Shown here: piece after piece, positions 1 through 8,838 of the stretch
Position numbering within the stretch: position 1 is the stretch's first letter
How the letters are laid out: each line of letters starts with the position of its first letter
Made by a program: the position numbers and the translations under genes
Source: Acidobacteriota bacterium
GTDB lineage: Bacteria; Acidobacteriota; Vicinamibacteria; Vicinamibacterales; 2-12-FULL-66-21
Length of the DNA stretch: 39,387 bases
Assembly: GCA_013362195.1 (NCBI GenBank)
Contig: JABFWM010000603.1
Location: forward strand, 1 to 39,387
Direction: 5' to 3'
Notes under the pieces: generated by a model
Seen by the model: only the letters and a program-made list of their open reading frames with translations
The model's database searches: none
What the model was told of the DNA's origin: nothing

Positions 1-255
1 CGAGCCGTCGTGGTACCACACGTTCACGGTCATCAGCGGGACCGTGTGGTCTTCGTGCAGGATGACGCGCAAGCCGTTCGGCAAGGTGAACCGGGTGACC
101 GGAATCTGCAGGCGAGGCGCGGCGGCCCCCGCCGCGGCCGCCTGGCCGTGCGGCGCCGCGGCGAGCCCGGCAAGGCAGAAGACGGCAAGGCAGAACACGG
201 CAAGGCGGAACACGGCAAGGCGGAACACAATGATGAGGAGCGCGATTCGTCGCAT
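1..255 (-). CDS. M16 (pitrilysin/insulinase) family peptidase, N-terminal fragment; the gene continues beyond the window start
   Basis: Absent from the ORF track because it has no stop codon in the window. The reverse complement from the ATG (complement of 253-255) reads MRRIALLIIVFRLAVFRLAVFCLAVFCLAGLAAAPHGQAAAAGAAAPRLQIPVTRFTLPNGLRVILHEDHTVPLMTVNVWYHDGS. That is a signal-peptide-like N-terminus followed by the LPNGLRV..HED..P.v.v.vWY..GS block typical of M16 N-termini. It stays in frame to nt 1. Confidence 0.7.
   Translation of the reverse strand, partial: MRRIALLIIVFRLAVFRLAVFCLAVFCLAGLAAAPHGQAAAAGAAAPRLQIPVTRFTLPNGLRVILHEDHTVPLMTVNVWYHDGS
169..228. repeat. Four tandem 15-bp repeats GGCAAGGC(A/G)GAA(G/C)AC
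   Basis: Copies lie at 169-183, 184-198, 199-213 and 214-228 and differ at 1-2 positions. On the minus strand they encode (LAVF[R/C])x4 inside the M16 peptidase signal peptide. Confidence 0.9.
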
Positions 256-327
256 GAGCACCTAAGATTACCCTGCAGGAACAAGAACGCCCGCTGCCGC
301 GATCGCCAATTCACATATTGTACTGAG

Positions 328-1500
328 ATGTTCTCGCGGCGTGTGCCCGAGGATCGGCACCCGAACCGGCTTGCGGCTGCGCTCGCGGAGGCGCGGCGCG
401 GCGGCCGGCCGCTCATCGATCTGACCGTTTCGAATCCGACCCGCGTCGGGCTTCGCTACCCGGAGCGGCTGCTCGACGCGCTCGCCGATCCGCGCGCGCT
501 CACCTACCGGCCCGAGCCGTTCGGCCTGCGCGAGGCGCGCGAGGCGGTCGCTGACACCTACGTCCGGCGCGGTGTTCGCATGTCTGCGGACCGGATCATG
601 CTGACCGCCAGCACGAGCGAAGCCTACTCATTGCTCTTCAAGCTGCTCTGCGATCCGGATCGTGCGTCCGTGCTGACACCGGTGCCGAGCTATCCGCTGC
701 TCGACCACCTGACGCGTCTCGACGGCATCACGCAGCGGCGTTACGCACTGGAGTATCACGGCGCGTGGACGATCGATCCCGTGGATCTCGATCGCGCATG
801 GACCGGTGACACGCGCGTGGTGCTTGCCGTTTCACCCAACAACCCGACCGGGTCGGCGCTGACGGTTCGCGACGCCGATGAGCTCGTCGTGCGCTGCGCC
901 GAACGGCGTGCCGCCCTGATTCTGGACGAAGTATTCTGCGACTACCCGTTGAGCGATGCGCCGCTGCCGGAGCCGGCGCCGTTACAACGACATGACTGTC
1001 TGCTGTTTCGGCTCGGCGGCCTCTCGAAGACCGCAGCGCTGCCGCAGATGAAACTCGGCTGGATCGCCGTCACCGGACCGGACCGGCTCGTCGAGGAAGC
1101 GCTCGATCGCCTGGAGCTGATCGGCGACACCTATCTGTCCGTGTCGACACCGGTGCAGCTTGCGGCGCGTCGTCTGCTCGAGGGGTCCGCGCCCGTCCGG
1201 GACGCGATCGGGGCGCGCATCCGCCAGAACTACGCGTGGCTGCGGCACGCCACCGCCGATGCACCGGACGTCACCGTGCTGGCCGCTGACGGCGGATGGT
1301 CCGCGGTGCTGCGCGTCCCTTCGATCGAAGGCGAGGAAGCGCTGGCGCTCTCGCTCCTGGTCGATCATCGCGTCGTCGTTCATCCGGGTTTCTTGTTCGA
1401 TTTCGCGCACGAGGCGTTCCTGGTGGTGAGCCTGCTGCCGCCGCCCGACGAGTTCGCGCGCGGCATCGGCATCGTGACGGAGCGCGTGCATGCGGCGTGA
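328..1500 (+). CDS. Pyridoxal-phosphate-dependent aminotransferase, class I/II (alanine/aspartate transaminase-like)
   Basis: This is the part of ORF 10..1500 beginning at ATG 328 (MFSRRVPEDRHPNRLAAAL...). It carries the SPNNPTG motif and the LGGLSKTAALPQMKLGW Lys-containing PLP site. The upstream 106 codons overlap the divergent M16 gene and are low-complexity. Confidence 0.85.
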   Translation: MFSRRVPEDRHPNRLAAALAEARRGGRPLIDLTVSNPTRVGLRYPERLLDALADPRALTYRPEPFGLREAREAVADTYVRRGVRMSADRIMLTASTSEAYSLLFKLLCDPDRASVLTPVPSYPLLDHLTRLDGITQRRYALEYHGAWTIDPVDLDRAWTGDTRVVLAVSPNNPTGSALTVRDADELVVRCAERRAALILDEVFCDYPLSDAPLPEPAPLQRHDCLLFRLGGLSKTAALPQMKLGWIAVTGPDRLVEEALDRLELIGDTYLSVSTPVQLAARRLLEGSAPVRDAIGARIRQNYAWLRHATADAPDVTVLAADGGWSAVLRVPSIEGEEALALSLLVDHRVVVHPGFLFDFAHEAFLVVSLLPPPDEFARGIGIVTERVHAA

Positions 1501-3058
1501 CTTCTTCACCGGCCGGCACGCCGGTCTGCTGGTGCCGCTGTTCTCCATCCCGTCGCGTCAGAGCTGGGGCATCGGCGAGATTCCGGACATCGCCCGGCTC
1601 GCGTGCTGGATGCGCCAGGCCGGCTTCGGGTTCCTGCAGCTGCTGCCGCTGAACGAAATGGCCGACGGCCAGCATTCCCCGTACTCCGCGCTGAGTGCGA
1701 TGGCCATCGATCCGATTTTCGTGGCGCCCTCGCGGGTGCCCGACATCGACGCGCTCGGCGGCGAAGCCCTGCTCTCGCCGGAGGAACGCGAGAAGCTGGA
1801 GGCGGCGCGGCACGCGCCGGTCATCCAGTATTCGATCGTGCGCGCGATCAAGGCGCGCGCCTTCCGTGCGGCGTTCGACTGGTTCATGCGCGAGGAGTGG
1901 AACGCCCGGACGCACCGCGCGGCGCGGCTCGTCGAGTACATCCAGCGGGAGCGCTGGTGGCTCGACGACTACACGCTGTTCCGCGCGATTCACGCTCGCG
2001 AGGAGGGCCGCTACTGGCGCGAATGGGAGCCCGGCCTCCGCGACCGGCAGCCGGAGGCGCTCGATCGCGCGCGCCAGGCGCTCGCGGCCGAACGGCTCTT
2101 CTACGCCTACCTGCAGTGGCTGGCGGCGGAGCAGTGGGCCGACGTCCGCGAGCGATCGGACATCGGCCTGTTCGGGGATTTTCCGTTCATGGTGAGCGGC
2201 GACAGCGCCGACGTGTGGTCGCGGCAGGACGACTTCCGCCTCGACGCCTCCGTCGGTGCGCCGCCGGACGCGTTCTCGGAAACCGGACAGGACTGGGGCT
2301 TCCCCGCCTACCGCTGGTCGAAGATCGCGGCGGAGGGAGACGTGTGGCTGGCCGCGCGCGCCCGCCGCAGCGCGGAACTGTACGACGGCTATCGCGTCGA
2401 TCACGTCGTCGGGTTCTTCCGCACCTACGTGCGCGAGCGCGACGGCCGCGCCGCGTTCGTGCCGGCCGACGAGCCGTCGCAGATCGCGCAGGGACAGCGG
2501 CTGCTCACGCTGTTCGCGTCGAATTGCTCGCGGGTGATCGCCGCAGACCTCGGCGTCATTCCCGGGTTCGTGCGCGACACGCTCGAGCGCGGCGGCATTC
2601 CCGGCTACAGAGTGCTTCGGTGGGAGCGCGAGTGGAAGGCGGAGCGGCAGCCGTTCCGCAATCCCGACGCGTATCCCCCCTGCTCGGTCGCGACGAGCGG
2701 CACCCACGACACCGAGACGCTCGCCGAGTGGTGGGACCTGGCGCCTGCGGACGAGCGCACGGCGATCGCGATGTTGCCGCCGCTGCGTGAAAGCGGCTGC
2801 GATCCCGACGCGCCGTTCCAGGAGCGCACGCGCGACGCGATCCTGCGCACGCTGCTGCGGGCCGGGTCCTCGATGGCGATTCTGCCGATTCAGGACGTGT
2901 TCGGGTGGCGCGATCGGATCAACACCCCCGCGCTCGTCAGTCACGAGAACTGGTGCTGGCGCCTGCCGTGGCCGGTGGAGGATCTGCTGCACGAGCCGCG
3001 GGCGCGTGAGCGGGCGGTCTTTCTGCGCGCCGCCGCGCAGGAATTCGATCGCGCCTGA
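1490..3058 (+). CDS. malQ: 4-alpha-glucanotransferase (amylomaltase, GH77)
   Basis: The N-terminus GRHAGLLVPLFSIPSRQSWGIGEIPDI...LQLLPLNEM and the later blocks YRVDHVVGFFR, DLGVIP, GYRVLRWE and TSGTHDT are characteristic of GH77. It overlaps the upstream stop by 11 nt, consistent with operonic coupling. Confidence 0.9.
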   Translation: MRRDFFTGRHAGLLVPLFSIPSRQSWGIGEIPDIARLACWMRQAGFGFLQLLPLNEMADGQHSPYSALSAMAIDPIFVAPSRVPDIDALGGEALLSPEEREKLEAARHAPVIQYSIVRAIKARAFRAAFDWFMREEWNARTHRAARLVEYIQRERWWLDDYTLFRAIHAREEGRYWREWEPGLRDRQPEALDRARQALAAERLFYAYLQWLAAEQWADVRERSDIGLFGDFPFMVSGDSADVWSRQDDFRLDASVGAPPDAFSETGQDWGFPAYRWSKIAAEGDVWLAARARRSAELYDGYRVDHVVGFFRTYVRERDGRAAFVPADEPSQIAQGQRLLTLFASNCSRVIAADLGVIPGFVRDTLERGGIPGYRVLRWEREWKAERQPFRNPDAYPPCSVATSGTHDTETLAEWWDLAPADERTAIAMLPPLRESGCDPDAPFQERTRDAILRTLLRAGSSMAILPIQDVFGWRDRINTPALVSHENWCWRLPWPVEDLLHEPRARERAVFLRAAAQEFDRA

Positions 3059-3188
3059 GATCCCGCGGCCTTCGCCGCCGACGTCGTTGAACGCCCTCAG
3101 ATCGCGTCCGCGTACTCGCGCGACGTCCGCGACGTGCGAAACTGACGCGGACGGGACACCCACCCGGTCCGAAGGAGCATTCACAATC

Positions 3189-4547
3189 ATGTGTCACGGT
3201 GCTCGCGCAGTTCTCGTGGGCGTGCTGCTGCTCTCAATCGTCAAGCCCGCGCTGCTCGCGCAGCCGTCTCCCGACTGGAAGCAGATCGAGACCGAAGCGC
3301 TGCACACACTGCAGGCCTACGTGCGCATCAACACGTCGAATCCGCCTGGCGACGTGACCAAGGCCGCCGACTTCCTCGTCGATCTCTTCACGCGCGAAGG
3401 CGTCTCCGTCACTCGTTACGAGGCCGGCCCGGGCCGCTCGATTGTCCTGGCGCGGCTGAAAGGCAGCGGGACGGGAGGGAAGGCGCTGCTCCTCGAACAC
3501 CACATGGACGTCGTCGCCGCCGACCCGAGCCGCTGGCGCCGCGATCCGTTCGCCGCGGCCATTGACGATGGCAAGGTGTGGGGCCGGGGCGCCATGGACA
3601 TGAAAGGCATCGGCGTCTCGCAGATCTACACGTTCCTGCTGCTGCACCGTCTGAAGGTGCCGCTCGCGCGCGACGTGATCCTGATGGCGGTGCCGGACGA
3701 GGAGTCGGGGGGCGCGCTCGGCGCGACGTGGATGCGCGACAAGCACTATGCCGAGCTCGACCCGGAGTACGTGATTGACGAAGGCGGGTTCGGCAGCCGC
3801 GACATGTTCGCGCCGGGGAAGCTCGTGTTCGGGATCTCCGTCGCCGAGAAGAAGATCATGTGGCTGCGGCTGCGCGCCGAAGGGGTCGCGGGACACGGAT
3901 CGCAGCCGCATCCGAACAACCCGAACGATCACCTGGTGCGCGCGCTGAACCGGTTGATGAGCGAGCCGATGCGCTCCGGACGCTTCTCCGTCATCGACAC
4001 GATGAAGGCGCGCATCGGCGCGCTGACCGACAACAAGTTCAACAACGCGATCCAGCAGTCGACGATGTCCATCACCAGTCTGCGATCCGGCGTGGGCGAC
4101 CCGCCGCGCTCGAATGTCATTCCCTCGGTGGCGGAAGCCACGCTCGATTGCCGGGTGATGCCCGGGACGACCGCGGCGCAATGGCTCGAGGAGCTGGCGC
4201 GACGACTGGCCGATCCGACGATCAAGATCGAGGTGATCTACGAAGGCGATGATCCGGTGGTCACGCCGCAGGACACGCCGCTCTACAGCGCGCTCGAGTC
4301 GGCCGTCAAGCGGCGTCATCCCGACGCGATCGTCACGCCGATGGTCGTTCCCTACGGGACCGACGCGAACGGCTATCGCCCGAAAGGCGTGAAGAGCTAC
4401 GGCTTCTTCCCCGCCGTCCTGCCCGCCGCGTCAATCATGTCGATGCACGGCGATGCCGAGTTCATTCCGGCCGATTCGCTGCTGCCGGCGATTCAGATTT
4501 TGTTCGAGGCCGTCAAAGAGACCGTGGCGCTGAAATCGCCAAGGTAG
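3189..4547 (+). CDS. Secreted M20/M25/M40 family metallopeptidase
   Basis: ATG 3189 is preceded by GAAGGAG, with the GGAG 3175-3178 ending 10 nt upstream. The signal peptide is MCHGARAVLVGVLLLSIVKPALLAQ. M20 motifs present are LLEHHMDVV, WGRGAMDMKG and VPDEESGG. The ORF-track start at 2787 overlaps malQ and is rejected. Confidence 0.85.
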   Translation: MCHGARAVLVGVLLLSIVKPALLAQPSPDWKQIETEALHTLQAYVRINTSNPPGDVTKAADFLVDLFTREGVSVTRYEAGPGRSIVLARLKGSGTGGKALLLEHHMDVVAADPSRWRRDPFAAAIDDGKVWGRGAMDMKGIGVSQIYTFLLLHRLKVPLARDVILMAVPDEESGGALGATWMRDKHYAELDPEYVIDEGGFGSRDMFAPGKLVFGISVAEKKIMWLRLRAEGVAGHGSQPHPNNPNDHLVRALNRLMSEPMRSGRFSVIDTMKARIGALTDNKFNNAIQQSTMSITSLRSGVGDPPRSNVIPSVAEATLDCRVMPGTTAAQWLEELARRLADPTIKIEVIYEGDDPVVTPQDTPLYSALESAVKRRHPDAIVTPMVVPYGTDANGYRPKGVKSYGFFPAVLPAASIMSMHGDAEFIPADSLLPAIQILFEAVKETVALKSPR

Positions 4548-4712
4548 GCAGCGGCCGGCCACGGGCGAACCACATCGCTGCGGGCACGTCAGCGCGTCGG
4601 CGTCCCACTGGTCCGCACCGATCAGGATCGTGATCGCGCCCACAGGGCTGTAAAAGAAGGGGACACCGAGCGGCGTGCGAAAACGGCGCCGAAGTGCCGC
4701 GGGGCCCGCAGG

Positions 4713-7235
4713 TTGCGGAAGTTGGCGCGATCCATGATGCGCGTGGCGTCGCGGTTGCAGCCGCGCACGCCTATGATCCATCCCACCGCGTACGAGCGTC
4801 CCGAGACGCCGCTGTTCTCCGACGGCCTCGGCGACCGCGTCGTCGCGGTGGACGGCGGCACGGGCGACCTGCTGCAGATTCTGCGGCTGCGGCCGCAGCT
4901 CCTCGCGGTCCCGTCGTTCGAGTTCGCGCTGCGCGAGCGCGCGGCGCGGCTCACCAACTTCCGCCACGCCTACTACGCGCGCGTCCGCCGCGTCGATCGC
5001 CATCCGGGCGGCCTGGCGATTGTGTCGGACCACGTCGAAGGCACGCGCCTCTCGGACATTCTCCGCGTCGCCGCCGAACGGCGGCTGCAACTGGACCTCA
5101 ATGCCGCGCTGTGCCTGATTCGACAGCTCGTGCCCGCCGTCGCGCTGCTGCACGAGAACGCCCGCGACGTGGCGCACGGCACGATCGCCGCCGAGCGGCT
5201 GATCGTGACGCCGCACGCCCGCGTGGTGATCGCCGAGCACGTCGTCGGATCGGCGGTCGAGCAGCTGCAGTTCAACCGGGAGCGGCTCTGGCGGGAGCTG
5301 CGCGTCGCGGTGCCGCCGACCGCAGGGCCGCCGCGATTCGATCACCGCGCCGACGTGACGGCGATCGGACTGATTGCGCTGGCGTTGGTCCTCGGCCGTC
5401 CGCTGCGCGCGGACGACTACCCGCAGCGCGCCGCCGTGCTGCTGAGCGCGGCGACCGCACGATCGACGATGGGCGAGGAGCAGCCGCTGCCGGCGTCGCT
5501 GCGCACCTGGATCGCGCGCGCGCTGCAGCTCGATCCGCGCCACGGCTTCGCATCGGCCGTCGAAGCGCAGACCGCGTTCGAGGAGGTGCTTCGCGAAGAC
5601 AGCGGCTTCGTGGCGGCGCCGGTGGCGCTCGAGACGTTCCTCTCGCGCTACATCAGCGCGCTGCTCGAACCCGGGCACGCCGAGACGGCCTTCGCGATCG
5701 ACCTGCCCGCGCCGTCACCTGCGGCCGCGGCGCCGCCGGCATCGGCGCAACCCGAGCGTGCCGAACTGGAAGCGCTCAAGGCGGAGTTCGTCGAAGCGCT
5801 GGCTGAAAAGCCGGAGCCCCGTCCGGTGCAGACGGCGACCGCTGCACCCGCCTCACCGGCGCGTCTCGCACCCGCCACAGCTGCGCCCGCGCAGACGCGC
5901 ATCGAGCCCGCCGTCGAGGCGACGCCCGTCGCCTCCGAGCCACGACGTGCGGAACGCCTCGCCGCTGACGCGCCGATCGCCGCGCCGCCGGCGGAGAGCC
6001 GCATCGCGCCGGTCGGGTCAATTGCCCCGTCAACGGCGCCGACGCCGATCAAGCCGAAGACGGCGCCCGAACCGGTTGCGCCTGCCGTCGCCTCCACGAG
6101 CGCCGCGACGACAGACCTCGCGGCGGCACGCGTCATCGATCCGCCGGACATCACCGAGCTGCTGCGGTCGCTCGATCCGGCGCCGATCGCGTCCGCCGCC
6201 GAGCCGATCGACACGGACGCCGCCCGCATGTTCGGATCGGACGCGAACGACGAAGCGGCAGCCGCGACCGGCAGCGCCCGGAAACGGCGGGGCGCGCGGT
6301 GGCGACGCGCCGCCGTCATCGCGGTGGTCGCGGTCGCGTTCGGTGAAGGCGCGCTGCTTGCGCTGCGGTCCTCGCGCAAGACGAACGCGCCGACGGAAGG
6401 CACGCTCTCGGTGCAGACGAATCCGCCGGGCGTGGCGGTGTTCGTCGACGGCCTCTCGCGCGGCAACACGCCGGCCCGCCTCTCGCTCGGCGCCGGATCC
6501 CACATCGTCGAACTGCGCGGCCGCGGCGTGCCGCGGGTGATTCCGGTCAACGTCACGGCGGGCGCGGAAGTCTCGCAGTACCTCGAGCTGCCTGAAACGC
6601 CGTCGGCCGGCAGCCTGCTGGTGCAATCCGATCCGCCGGGGGCGCGCGTCACCGTCGACGGCATCGAACACGGTGTCGCGCCGGTCAGCGTCGCCGATCT
6701 CGCGCCGGGCGATCACGAGGTCGTCCTGCAGGCGGCAGGGGGCGCGGCGGTGAAGCAGCGCGTCGTCATCCAGGCCGGCGTGACCTCGTCGGTCCTCGCG
6801 CCGGTTGCAGCGGTGCAGGGACCGGTGTCGGGGTGGCTCGCGGTGAAGGTCCCGGTGATGATGGAAATCAGGGAAGGCGGACGGCTGCTCGGCACGACCG
6901 ATTCAGAGCGCCTGATGATGAGCGCGGGGCGCCACGAGATCGAGCTGGTGAACGACACGCTCGGCTACCGCGCCACCAAGGTCGTGCAGGTGCCGCCCGG
7001 GAAGGTCGCGGCGGTCCCCGTGGAGCTGCCGCAGGGAACGGTCAACATCAACGCGCTGCCGTGGGCCGAGGTGTGGATCGACGGCAAGCGCGTCGGCGAG
7101 ACGCCGATCGGCAATCTCGCCGTGACGATCGGGCCGCACGAGATCGTCTTCCGCCATCCGCAGTTCGGCGAGAAGAAGCAGGCAGCGTCCGTCACGATGC
7201 ACGCGCCGGTGCGTTTGAGCGTCGACATGAAGTGA
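4713..7235 (+). CDS. Ser/Thr-kinase-like pseudokinase with Ala/Pro-rich linker, one TM segment and C-terminal PEGA-type repeats
   Basis: Kinase-fold landmarks are present (RERAARLTNFRHAYYARV, HVEGTRLSDIL, LIRQLVPAVALLHE..VAHGTIAAERLIV, DVTAIGLIALALVLGRPL), but the catalytic Lys, HRD and DFG are substituted. The TM segment is AAVIAVVAVAFGEGALLAL. PEGA-like units include GTLSVQTNPPGVAVFVDG, GSLLVQSDPPGARVTVDG and GTVNINALPWAEVWIDGKRVG. The start is uncertain (TTG 4713, ATG 4734/4737 or ATG 4773). Confidence 0.75.
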   Translation: MRKLARSMMRVASRLQPRTPMIHPTAYERPETPLFSDGLGDRVVAVDGGTGDLLQILRLRPQLLAVPSFEFALRERAARLTNFRHAYYARVRRVDRHPGGLAIVSDHVEGTRLSDILRVAAERRLQLDLNAALCLIRQLVPAVALLHENARDVAHGTIAAERLIVTPHARVVIAEHVVGSAVEQLQFNRERLWRELRVAVPPTAGPPRFDHRADVTAIGLIALALVLGRPLRADDYPQRAAVLLSAATARSTMGEEQPLPASLRTWIARALQLDPRHGFASAVEAQTAFEEVLREDSGFVAAPVALETFLSRYISALLEPGHAETAFAIDLPAPSPAAAAPPASAQPERAELEALKAEFVEALAEKPEPRPVQTATAAPASPARLAPATAAPAQTRIEPAVEATPVASEPRRAERLAADAPIAAPPAESRIAPVGSIAPSTAPTPIKPKTAPEPVAPAVASTSAATTDLAAARVIDPPDITELLRSLDPAPIASAAEPIDTDAARMFGSDANDEAAAATGSARKRRGARWRRAAVIAVVAVAFGEGALLALRSSRKTNAPTEGTLSVQTNPPGVAVFVDGLSRGNTPARLSLGAGSHIVELRGRGVPRVIPVNVTAGAEVSQYLELPETPSAGSLLVQSDPPGARVTVDGIEHGVAPVSVADLAPGDHEVVLQAAGGAAVKQRVVIQAGVTSSVLAPVAAVQGPVSGWLAVKVPVMMEIREGGRLLGTTDSERLMMSAGRHEIELVNDTLGYRATKVVQVPPGKVAAVPVELPQGTVNINALPWAEVWIDGKRVGETPIGNLAVTIGPHEIVFRHPQFGEKKQAASVTMHAPVRLSVDMK

Positions 7236-7247
7236 GCGGAGTGCACC

Positions 7248-8165
7248 ATGGCCAATCCAGCGCATCGAATCCTCTTTTCATTCCTGCTCGCGGGCTCGAT
7301 CGCACACGCGGCCTTCGGACAGGCGACGGCGGGCAAGGATCCGGTCGGGGCGGCACGCGATCTCTACGCGTCAGCCCGCTACGATGAGGCGCTCGCGGTG
7401 CTCAACGATCTGCGGCCGGCGGACGCGGCGACCACCGCCGATCGACGATCGATCGAGCAGTATCGGTCTTTGTGTCTGCTCGCCCTCGGCCGCGATCCCG
7501 AGGCCGAAGGCGCAATCGCCGCCGTCGTGACGGCCGATCCGGCGTATCAACCCAGTGAAACGGATGCGTCTCCGCGCGTGCGTGCGGCGTTCTCCGAGGT
7601 CCGGCGCCGGCTGCTGCCGCAGATCGCGACCACGCGTTACTCGGAGGCGAAGGCGGCCTACGATCGGAAGGACTACGCGGCTGCGGTCGATCGCTTCCGC
7701 CGTGTGTTGTCGCTGCTCGACGATCCGCAGATGGACGGACGCCTCCCGGATCTGCGCGTGCTCGCGGCGGGCTTCCTCGACTTGAGCGCTGCCGCCTCAA
7801 CGCCTGCGCCAGAGCCGACGAAGAAGGACGCCGCCAAGCCGCCGGCGCCGTCCACGCCTGCCGCTGACCTGAATCGGATTTACACGAGCGACGACCGGAA
7901 CGTGACGCCGCCGGTGGCGCTGCGGCAGGAACTCCCTCGCGTGCCGCTTTCCGTCGCCAACCAGGTGAAGACCCGGGGTGTGCTGGACGTCGTCATCGAC
8001 GAAATCGGCCGCGTCACCTCGATCGCCATCCGCCAGTCCGTCCATCCGGCGTACGACACGATCCTCCTGAACGCCGCGCGCGATTGGCGGTATCAGCCGG
8101 CCACGCTCGGGGGAAAGCCCGTGCGGTTCCGCAAGTTGATCCAGGTGAACGTGCGCCGGGAGTAG
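7248..8165 (+). CDS. TonB C-terminal-domain protein with N-terminal signal/anchor and TPR-like helical region
   Basis: GGAG lies upstream of ATG 7248. The N-terminus is MANPAHRILFSFLLAGSIAHAAFGQA. A helical ARDLYASARYDEALAVL-type region follows, then a Pro/Ala-rich linker (PAPEPTKKDAAKPPAPSTP). The C-terminal block VTPPVAL....RGVLDVVIDEIGRVTSIAIRQSVHPAYDTILLNAARDWRYQPATLGGKPVRF matches the TonB_C fold pattern. Confidence 0.7.
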   Translation: MANPAHRILFSFLLAGSIAHAAFGQATAGKDPVGAARDLYASARYDEALAVLNDLRPADAATTADRRSIEQYRSLCLLALGRDPEAEGAIAAVVTADPAYQPSETDASPRVRAAFSEVRRRLLPQIATTRYSEAKAAYDRKDYAAAVDRFRRVLSLLDDPQMDGRLPDLRVLAAGFLDLSAAASTPAPEPTKKDAAKPPAPSTPAADLNRIYTSDDRNVTPPVALRQELPRVPLSVANQVKTRGVLDVVIDEIGRVTSIAIRQSVHPAYDTILLNAARDWRYQPATLGGKPVRFRKLIQVNVRRE

Positions 8166-8211
8166 CGTGCTACCGTATCGGGGGTTACCTCTTCGATAAG
8201 GAGCGCCATAG

Positions 8212-8838
8212 ATGAAGGCTCTGGTGTGTACTCTCGCGGCGTTCGCGATCGCGAGTGCGGCACATGCGCAGGCGCCGGCCGCGCCAAAGACGACAACCGC
8301 GCAGCAACCGCCTACACGCGTCGAACTCTCGACGTGGCTCAAAAGTGAGCACGAACGGATCAAGCTGAACCTGACGCAGTCGGCGGCGAAGATGTCCGAC
8401 GCCGATTACCGGTTCAAGCCGGCCGGCGTCGCGGCGGAGGTGCGGGACTTCGGAATGTTCATCGGACACCTCGCGACATCCAACAATTTGTACTGCGCAC
8501 TCGCCGACGGGAAGCCGATCGGCTCGCGTCCGCAGATCGGCCGGGACGAAAAGAGCGGCAACGAGGCCGCCGCGAACATGTCGAAAGACGAACTCGTCAA
8601 GGCGTTGGCGGATGCGCTTACGTATTGCGACAGCGTTTATGCCCGGCTCACCGACGCCAACGCGATGGAGATGATTGCGCTTCAGGCGGGGAATACGACG
8701 CGCCAGGTCACGCGCGTGCAGTACCTCATCGCCAATCTTGCACACAATAACGAGCATTACGGGAACATCGTGACCTACTTGCGCGCGAAGGGCCTCGTTC
8801 CGCCCTCGACCGAACGCGCCAGTCAGCCGCGCCGCTGA
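8212..8838 (+). CDS. DinB-family (DinB_2-like) four-helix-bundle protein with signal peptide
   Basis: AAGGAG lies 8 nt upstream of ATG 8212. The signal peptide is MKALVCTLAAFAIASAAHAQA. His-containing helices (FGMFIGHLATSNN and LIANLAHNNEHYGNIVTYLR) are typical of DinB-like metal-binding bundles. Confidence 0.7.
   Translation: MKALVCTLAAFAIASAAHAQAPAAPKTTTAQQPPTRVELSTWLKSEHERIKLNLTQSAAKMSDADYRFKPAGVAAEVRDFGMFIGHLATSNNLYCALADGKPIGSRPQIGRDEKSGNEAAANMSKDELVKALADALTYCDSVYARLTDANAMEMIALQAGNTTRQVTRVQYLIANLAHNNEHYGNIVTYLRAKGLVPPSTERASQPRR

Noticed and set aside
1271-3190. A 639-aa minus-strand ORF antisense to malQ. There are similar long antisense ORFs at 3234-4319 (-), 4431-5678 (-), 12234-15311 (+, 1025 aa), 18096-19100 (-), 22086-23408 (+), 24342-26918 (+, 858 aa), 30549-31748 (+) and 37208-38494 (-).
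   Set aside because: Each lies opposite a gene with clear family motifs. Their translations are Arg/Ala/Pro/Gly-rich low-complexity strings with no recognisable motifs. Long stop-free antisense frames are expected in DNA this GC-rich.
5700-6330. Ala/Pro-rich, apparently repetitive coding stretch that could be mistaken for a DNA repeat element or a separate gene (ORF 5758-6540 in another frame).
   Set aside because: It is in frame with, and flanked by, the kinase-like and PEGA parts of one ORF, which is consistent with a disordered linker. No exact nucleotide tandem repeat is visible, and the alternative-frame ORF is an Arg/Pro/Ser-rich artefact.
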